Assembly (NCBI GenBank): GCA_016212215.1 | Contig: JACRGV010000009.1 | Location: forward strand, 63 to 64,062 | Length of the DNA stretch: 64,000 nucleotides | Source: Nitrospirota bacterium | GTDB lineage: Bacteria; Nitrospirota; 9FT-COMBO-42-15; HDB-SIOI813 | Direction of reading: 5' to 3' | Shown here: positions 59,448 to 64,000 of the stretch, in pieces | Layout: each line of letters opens with the position of its first letter | Position numbering within the stretch: the stretch's first letter is position 1 | The notes under the pieces: generated by a model | Told to the model about the DNA's origin: nothing | Databases searched by the model: none | Seen by the model: the letters and a program-made list of their open reading frames with translations, nothing else | Position numbers and translations under genes: made by a program

Positions 59448-61364
59448 AACACTATTGTAAAACGATTACTGCAAATTAAGCTGTTTGTTATACTATCCAT
59501 TCTTCTCTCATACTCATATTCTTATGCCGGTGATATAAGCGGTGATATGGAGGATTTACTTGCACTTTTTTCAGAAGAAAAGATGGTAATTACCCCCTCT
59601 AAATATTTACAGCCGGTGAGTGAATCCCCATCAACCACAACCGTTATTACATCTGAAGAGATTATGCACTCAGGGGCAACAACGATTCCTGATATTTTGA
59701 GAATGGTACCTGGTATGGAAGTTATGCAGACAAGCACCCCGGAATTTAATCTTAGTATCAGAGGAGACAATCAGTTACTTGCCGACAAACTCCTTGTCCT
59801 TATAGACGGCCGTACATTTCAGGAAGAGGTGCAGAATACAGTAATATGGAGCGCGATCCCCATATCACTGGAAGAGATTGACCATATAGAAATAATCCGG
59901 GGGCCAGGCTCAGCCATGTGGGGGGCGAATGCCTTTGACGGTGTAGTGAATATAATTACAAAACGACCCGGCAGTATGAAAGGTACAACTATATCAGCAG
60001 TCGGCGGGCAGGTTGGGACAGGTATAGGGAATCTGATTCATGAAGGGGAAAATAATGGGATAGCCTACAGATTTTCTGTTGGTTATAGCCGGGCAGATAC
60101 ACTTCCAGGCAGGGAAGATGCAAGGTTTCATGTAGATGGCCGTGAACAGGGGCTTGATGTCTCACGCGGCAATGTAATGATTGAATACCGGCTTTCCCAA
60201 AAAAGAAGGGCCATTCTTGCCGGCGGAAAAAGTGAGCTTCCGGTTTATGATGGACCAAGGTTTGATGACGGTTGGGGTGATACGGATATTCAATATGACT
60301 ATCTGCAATTCAATTATGAGGGGGAAAATTCACAATTCAGGGCTTACTGGAATAAATATGACATCAAGATAAATTATTTGGATATAAGCGGGCAAAACGA
60401 CCCGGATAATCCATTACCATTTGTTGTTGACATTAACTCTGAACTATATAACCTTGAGTGGAATTATAGATTGGACTTAGGGAATTCACACCAGATAATT
60501 GGCGGGGTTAATTATCGTCATAATGATGCAGGAGGACCTTTCATAGATCCTGCTACACGCCGCCCATTGAGTATGACCGGACTTTTTCTACAGGAAGAGT
60601 GGCGGCCTGTGAAACCGGTTACTGTGATAATCGGTGCAAGATATGATCGCCATACAATCTTTGATAATACCATAAGCCCAAGGGCAGCAATTCTTTATCA
60701 ACCGGTGCCCCATAATACCTTTCGTATATCTTCCGGTATGGCATACAGGTCACCTACCCCATTTGAAATATTTGCTCTTTATGGTGCAAATCCTGATCTT
60801 GCTTATGAAAAGATTCTTACGTATGAGGCAGGATATTCCACGCTTTTATTTCAAAGGTTGAAAGGAGATGTTAACTTCTTCTATAACAGATTAACTGACC
60901 TGATAGATGTAGAGGCAGACCCTAATATTAATAAATTTAATTATGGGGTTTACGGCGGTGAAATCAACGGGGAGCTATTATTAAATGAACGGTTTACAAC
61001 CTTCTTTAATTATTCAAATCAAAAGTTACATAGATATAATAATAAAAGGGTGATACGAAACAATCCTGCACATAAGGTTAATGGCGGAATCCGTCTTCAT
61101 ATCAGTGACTCTTTATCAGCAAATCTGATGATACATTACGTCTCAAAGATTGAATATGATTCAAACATGCCGCCAAAACTTTTAGTATCTGATACAACAG
61201 ACCCTTATACACTTGCTAATCTACAGATTAAATATAGTGTATTAAAAAATAAGATGGATATTGCTTTATCAGTATTCAATCTGTTTAACAATGTCCACAG
61301 GGAACACTGGTTCGGTGATGAAATAGGTACCCGTGTGCTGGCGCATATTACTTACCGTATGTAA
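59445..61364 (+). CDS. TonB-dependent outer membrane receptor
   Basis: Signal peptide, plug domain with TonB box-like 'EKMVITPS', 'IEIIRGPGSAMWGANAFDGVVNIITK' block, and C-terminal beta-barrel ending in aromatic 'HITYRM'. The ATG is supplied by a repeat module. Confidence 0.8.
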   Translation: MNTIVKRLLQIKLFVILSILLSYSYSYAGDISGDMEDLLALFSEEKMVITPSKYLQPVSESPSTTTVITSEEIMHSGATTIPDILRMVPGMEVMQTSTPEFNLSIRGDNQLLADKLLVLIDGRTFQEEVQNTVIWSAIPISLEEIDHIEIIRGPGSAMWGANAFDGVVNIITKRPGSMKGTTISAVGGQVGTGIGNLIHEGENNGIAYRFSVGYSRADTLPGREDARFHVDGREQGLDVSRGNVMIEYRLSQKRRAILAGGKSELPVYDGPRFDDGWGDTDIQYDYLQFNYEGENSQFRAYWNKYDIKINYLDISGQNDPDNPLPFVVDINSELYNLEWNYRLDLGNSHQIIGGVNYRHNDAGGPFIDPATRRPLSMTGLFLQEEWRPVKPVTVIIGARYDRHTIFDNTISPRAAILYQPVPHNTFRISSGMAYRSPTPFEIFALYGANPDLAYEKILTYEAGYSTLLFQRLKGDVNFFYNRLTDLIDVEADPNINKFNYGVYGGEINGELLLNERFTTFFNYSNQKLHRYNNKRVIRNNPAHKVNGGIRLHISDSLSANLMIHYVSKIEYDSNMPPKLLVSDTTDPYTLANLQIKYSVLKNKMDIALSVFNLFNNVHREHWFGDEIGTRVLAHITYRM

Positions 61365-61369
61365 TTTCT
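61320..61369. repeat. Direct repeat copy A (3' end of TonB-dependent receptor gene)
   Basis: 50 bp, 48/50 identical to 63287-63336. Confidence 0.85.
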
Positions 61370-61483
61370 TACATTGTAATTATGTGGAGTTATGGGGGGA
61401 TTTTCTGTTTTAGGCTGATCATTATGCTTCTTTAAATCTGCTCTCGCTTTGACCTCATCCCATTCAAATGTGATTTATACAAC

Positions 61484-62929
61484 TTAACCGGATAAGTCAG
61501 GATTACCTTTCTCCTGAATCAGTTCGTCAGGCCCGATTAACATCACCTCTCCTCTCGTACTTGCCTCCCGTAGTTCCTTTGAAAAAAGACCGCGCCCTGA
61601 AAATAGGGCAAGCCTTACCTCATGATCCGCTATCAGGGACTTCACACGTATCCTGAGTTTTTCCAGGTAACCGTAGGTAATCGGTTCACCCCACTTGCAC
61701 TCACCCATGATCAGTGAACCGTCTCCGAGTTCTGCACAGATATCAATATCAAAATCCCTGTCCCAGTGCCTCCCAATCCGCTTAATATACAATTCACTTT
61801 TTGGTAACCAGTCATAAACCAGAAAATCCCTGCAAAGGGATTCAAATGCATCGCCCATGAAATCATCAAGAAATGGGAGTACACCATTTTTTACCACTGC
61901 TTTTCCGCTCATAGATCTTATTGCAGTCTGGTTCGGCAGTACGAACCTGTACCAGAACCTGATAAAATGGTCTGAAATGCGGTAACGATTGTTGCGTGAT
62001 TTTTCCGGCGCACGTGAGAAGAAGGGCGCTGTCTTTTCCACTATTCCAAGCTCAATCAGGGTCGTCAGGTAGCGGGCAGCCGTTGGGGTATTTTCACACC
62101 CGGATATGTTTGCGATCTCCCCTATGGATGTCTTGCCTTCAGCAAGTGCCCTCAGCACTGAATTGTATCTGGCCGGTTCCCGTAACTCCTGCTGGAGGAT
62201 GAAAAAAACCTCGTTGTACAGGAACCCTGTAGGAGAAAAGGCAGTTGCTGTAAGCATATCCGCGAGTTTGGTTTTTTCTTCAATCAGGTTAAGGTAAGCA
62301 GGGATGTTCCCAAAAATTCCATAAGTTTTAAGGCGGTCACGTACAGGCCACCCTTCGGAAAACTTAAAAACAGAGGCCGGTCTCAGCCCCTCTAGCTTCA
62401 ACTGACCTGTACGTCTTCCAAAAAGCGGTGACCTTTCTCCCAGTACCTCGTCTTCCATGAAAGATACGGACGAACCGCAAAGGATAAGGAACATCTTCGT
62501 GTGGCGGCCTGTGTTATCCCAAAACCTCTGGATGATGGACGGAAGAGCCGGATTCCCCTTGCACAGATACGGGAACTCATCTAATATGACGAGAAGACGT
62601 TCTGTCCTTGCCCTCTCTGCAAGCAAAGTCAAAGCCCCGTGCCAGTCATGGAATGCGACACCGGAAAGCACAGCATCCCCGGGAAGGGACGACACAACGC
62701 TATGCTGAAAGTCCCTCAGGTTTAAAGCCTCATCCTGCAGCGAAGCCTCATAATAGACATGCCGCCGCCCTTTTGCCCCTTTTGCCCGTTTTGCCCCATT
62801 TGCAATGTGCAGCAACAATTCGGATTTGCCTATTCTGCGTCTGCCGTACATTATAAAAAGTTCGGCTTTGCCACTATCATATCGTTGGATTAAGGCTTCA
62901 AGTTCATTCTCACGTCCGATAAATCGCAT
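61484..62929 (-). CDS. AAA+ ATPase (Arch_ATPase/DUF234 family) with C-terminal PD-(D/E)xK-like motif
   Basis: Walker A GRRRIGKS and Walker B ILDEFPYL. C-terminal 'DFDIDICAEL...GECKWG' fits a D...ExK signature. Diverged paralog of 15672-16994. Confidence 0.75.
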   Translation of the reverse strand: MRFIGRENELEALIQRYDSGKAELFIMYGRRRIGKSELLLHIANGAKRAKGAKGRRHVYYEASLQDEALNLRDFQHSVVSSLPGDAVLSGVAFHDWHGALTLLAERARTERLLVILDEFPYLCKGNPALPSIIQRFWDNTGRHTKMFLILCGSSVSFMEDEVLGERSPLFGRRTGQLKLEGLRPASVFKFSEGWPVRDRLKTYGIFGNIPAYLNLIEEKTKLADMLTATAFSPTGFLYNEVFFILQQELREPARYNSVLRALAEGKTSIGEIANISGCENTPTAARYLTTLIELGIVEKTAPFFSRAPEKSRNNRYRISDHFIRFWYRFVLPNQTAIRSMSGKAVVKNGVLPFLDDFMGDAFESLCRDFLVYDWLPKSELYIKRIGRHWDRDFDIDICAELGDGSLIMGECKWGEPITYGYLEKLRIRVKSLIADHEVRLALFSGRGLFSKELREASTRGEVMLIGPDELIQEKGNPDLSG

Positions 62930-63044
62930 GATATAAAGACCTCCTGTTGCTATTATACGATATATTATAAAATACGATTAATTAAATCAAGAGTTATTTA
63001 TGATTTTGTCTTGACCCGGGGGATTCTGGGGACATCCATGATAA

Positions 63045-63225
63045 GGGTCTGTCATGAAATAACTTGTGCATTTAGGCGCTCAGATTTCGGTCAGGTTTGA
63101 GTGCGACCGATTGAGCAAACCCGAAGGCGTAGTTGAATCTACGCTGAGGGGTTGCGATTGATGAGCACACAAAGATGGCCGGAAGATGAGATGCATAAAT
63201 GTATAGGTTATTTTATGACAGACCC
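63045..63225. repeat. 181-bp element bounded by 18-bp inverted repeats (gggtctgtcatgaaataa / ttattttatgacagaccc)
   Basis: Near-perfect terminal inverted repeat. Internal hairpin gcgtagttgaatctacgc. Could be a MITE or a structured 5' leader. Confidence 0.5.
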
Positions 63226-63286
63226 TAAGTATAGAATCAAGAATCTGAATTTAAAATGGATGTCCGCAGAATCCATCGGGTTGTTA

Positions 63287-63336
63287 GAAATAGGAACCCG
63301 TGTGCCGGCGCATATTACTTACCGTATGTAATTTCT
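63287..63336. repeat. Direct repeat copy B (duplicate of TonB receptor 3' end)
   Basis: 48/50 identical to 61320-61369, including a non-functional copy of the receptor's stop codon context. Confidence 0.85.
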
Positions 63337-63426
63337 GACGTTTGCTTACCAATTTTACTTCTGTTATATTTAGCCGTACGTTTAACCTTTCCTTTTTTTT
63401 CATTTAGCATCAACACGGGGTGATTT

Positions 63427-64000
63427 ATGAAGTTATCATCAGCATTGAGAAAAAGGCTTGCTGAAACACTGAAGGAAAAGGACTATCTTGAGACAATATT
63501 AAATGGAATAAAACACAGGATAATACTTATAAACAGGGAGTATAAGATACTCCATTTTAATAAGGCTGCTTTAGGAGATCGCAGGGATTTAATAGAGAAT
63601 AATGAACTGTATTGTTACAGAATATTTGAGAACCGAGATTCAATCTGTCCTGACTGTCCTGCAACAACCACATTTGTAACCGGAGAAGTAGTTCACATTC
63701 AGAGGCAATATAAAAACAGTTCAGGAGATGAATTAAGTTATAAGATATCTTCATATCCTGTAATGAACAGAAACGGACATGTTGAGAATGCAATATTAGC
63801 CGCAAGAGACATAACAGAGATTTACAAAGCAGAGCAGATGAAGAATGACCTGCTTAGAATGTTGACACATGATATAAGAAACCCTGTACTTGCAACTGCA
63901 CATACACTTGAGACCCTTCTTAATTGTTCATCCACACAAAAGAAATTTGAAACCCCTGTTCAGGAGATTTTATGTGAGACAAGGGATAACTGTGAACTGT
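63427..64000 (+). CDS. PAS-domain sensor histidine kinase (5' partial; continues beyond the window)
   Basis: Open frame from ATG 63427 to the window end. PAS-like region, then an H-box 'LTHDIRNPV'. Absent from the ORF track because no stop falls inside the window. Confidence 0.6.
   Translation, partial: MKLSSALRKRLAETLKEKDYLETILNGIKHRIILINREYKILHFNKAALGDRRDLIENNELYCYRIFENRDSICPDCPATTTFVTGEVVHIQRQYKNSSGDELSYKISSYPVMNRNGHVENAILAARDITEIYKAEQMKNDLLRMLTHDIRNPVLATAHTLETLLNCSSTQKKFETPVQEILCETRDNCEL

Larger units (their letters stand above)
61370..63286. mobile_element. Putative insertion carrying a second DUF234-type AAA ATPase gene, flanked by a 50-bp direct duplication of the host-gene 3' end
   Basis: Same architecture as 15639-17109: host gene 3' end, antisense ATPase, duplicated host 3' end. 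Contains a 181-bp element with 18-bp terminal inverted repeats (63045-63225). Confidence 0.45.

Noticed and set aside
63061-63180. tRNA-like or ribozyme-like segment inside the 181-bp IR element
   Set aside because: I could not fit a cloverleaf (no acceptor/T-arm complementarity, no GTTC box), and no known ribozyme core was recognised. It is kept only as part of the IR element.

Overview
This 64-kb window is AT-rich chromosomal DNA from a diderm (Gram-negative-type) bacterium. All calls below are by eye from motifs in the sequence and the supplied ORF track; I could run no searches or folding.

**Layout**
- About 0.1-15.6 kb: a + strand cell-envelope / glycoconjugate cluster. It holds a radical-SAM/SPASM enzyme, two tandem AP-superfamily phosphodiesterase paralogs, a GT4 glycosyltransferase, HlyD-like and TolC-like genes with no ABC/RND partner, an in-frame acyltransferase-flippase fusion, a TPR membrane protein and an ArnT/PMT-like membrane glycosyltransferase.
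- 17-29 kb: surface and secreted genes. Two tandem CRTAC1/ASPIC-UnbV FG-GAP paralogs, an Ig-like-repeat lipoprotein, a PEP-CTERM protein, a GT2 DPM1-like transferase and an STN/HEAT protein.
- 29.5-33 kb: a Cache-HAMP-PAS-GAF-PAS hybrid histidine kinase.
- 33-56 kb: a housekeeping block: ilvB-ilvN-ilvC, psd-pssA, leuA-leuC-leuD-leuB, asd, a NifS/IscS cysteine desulfurase, queA, a SPOR protein, comM/yifB, a 2-oxoacid dehydrogenase E1alpha/E1beta/E2 set and lipB.
- 57-64 kb: an ABC substrate-binding protein, a truncated sensor, a TonB-dependent receptor, and a partial PAS histidine kinase that runs off the window end.

**Most notable observations**
1. Two diverged AAA ATPase genes (Arch_ATPase-like N-terminus, DUF234-like region, and a C-terminal motif I read as PD-(D/E)xK) sit on the - strand at 15672-16994 and 61484-62929. 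Each lies just 3' of a + strand host gene, and in both cases the host gene's last 103 bp or 50 bp is directly duplicated on the far side of the ATPase gene. These look like insertion cassettes with unusually long target duplications.
2. A GC-rich palindromic mosaic repeat family (REP/BIME-like) fills at least 17 intergenic sites. It has several recurring modules:
   - The hairpin stems show compensatory substitutions between copies.
   - A three-hairpin 75-bp module recurs five times.
   - A terminal 'ttttcggATGaa' module supplies the start codon of several genes.
   - A 3' module supplies the last two codons plus the stop of leuA and the NifS-like gene.
   - One pair of units is inserted in frame in the E2 lipoyl-PSBD linker and is translated as linker.
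   - Heptamer (gtaagaa/gttagaa)n tandem arrays follow several stop codons.
3. In-frame TAA codons interrupt the E1beta gene (53467-53469) and a secreted-protein ORF (56475-56477).

No CRISPR array, tRNA, rRNA, transposase or integrase was recognised.
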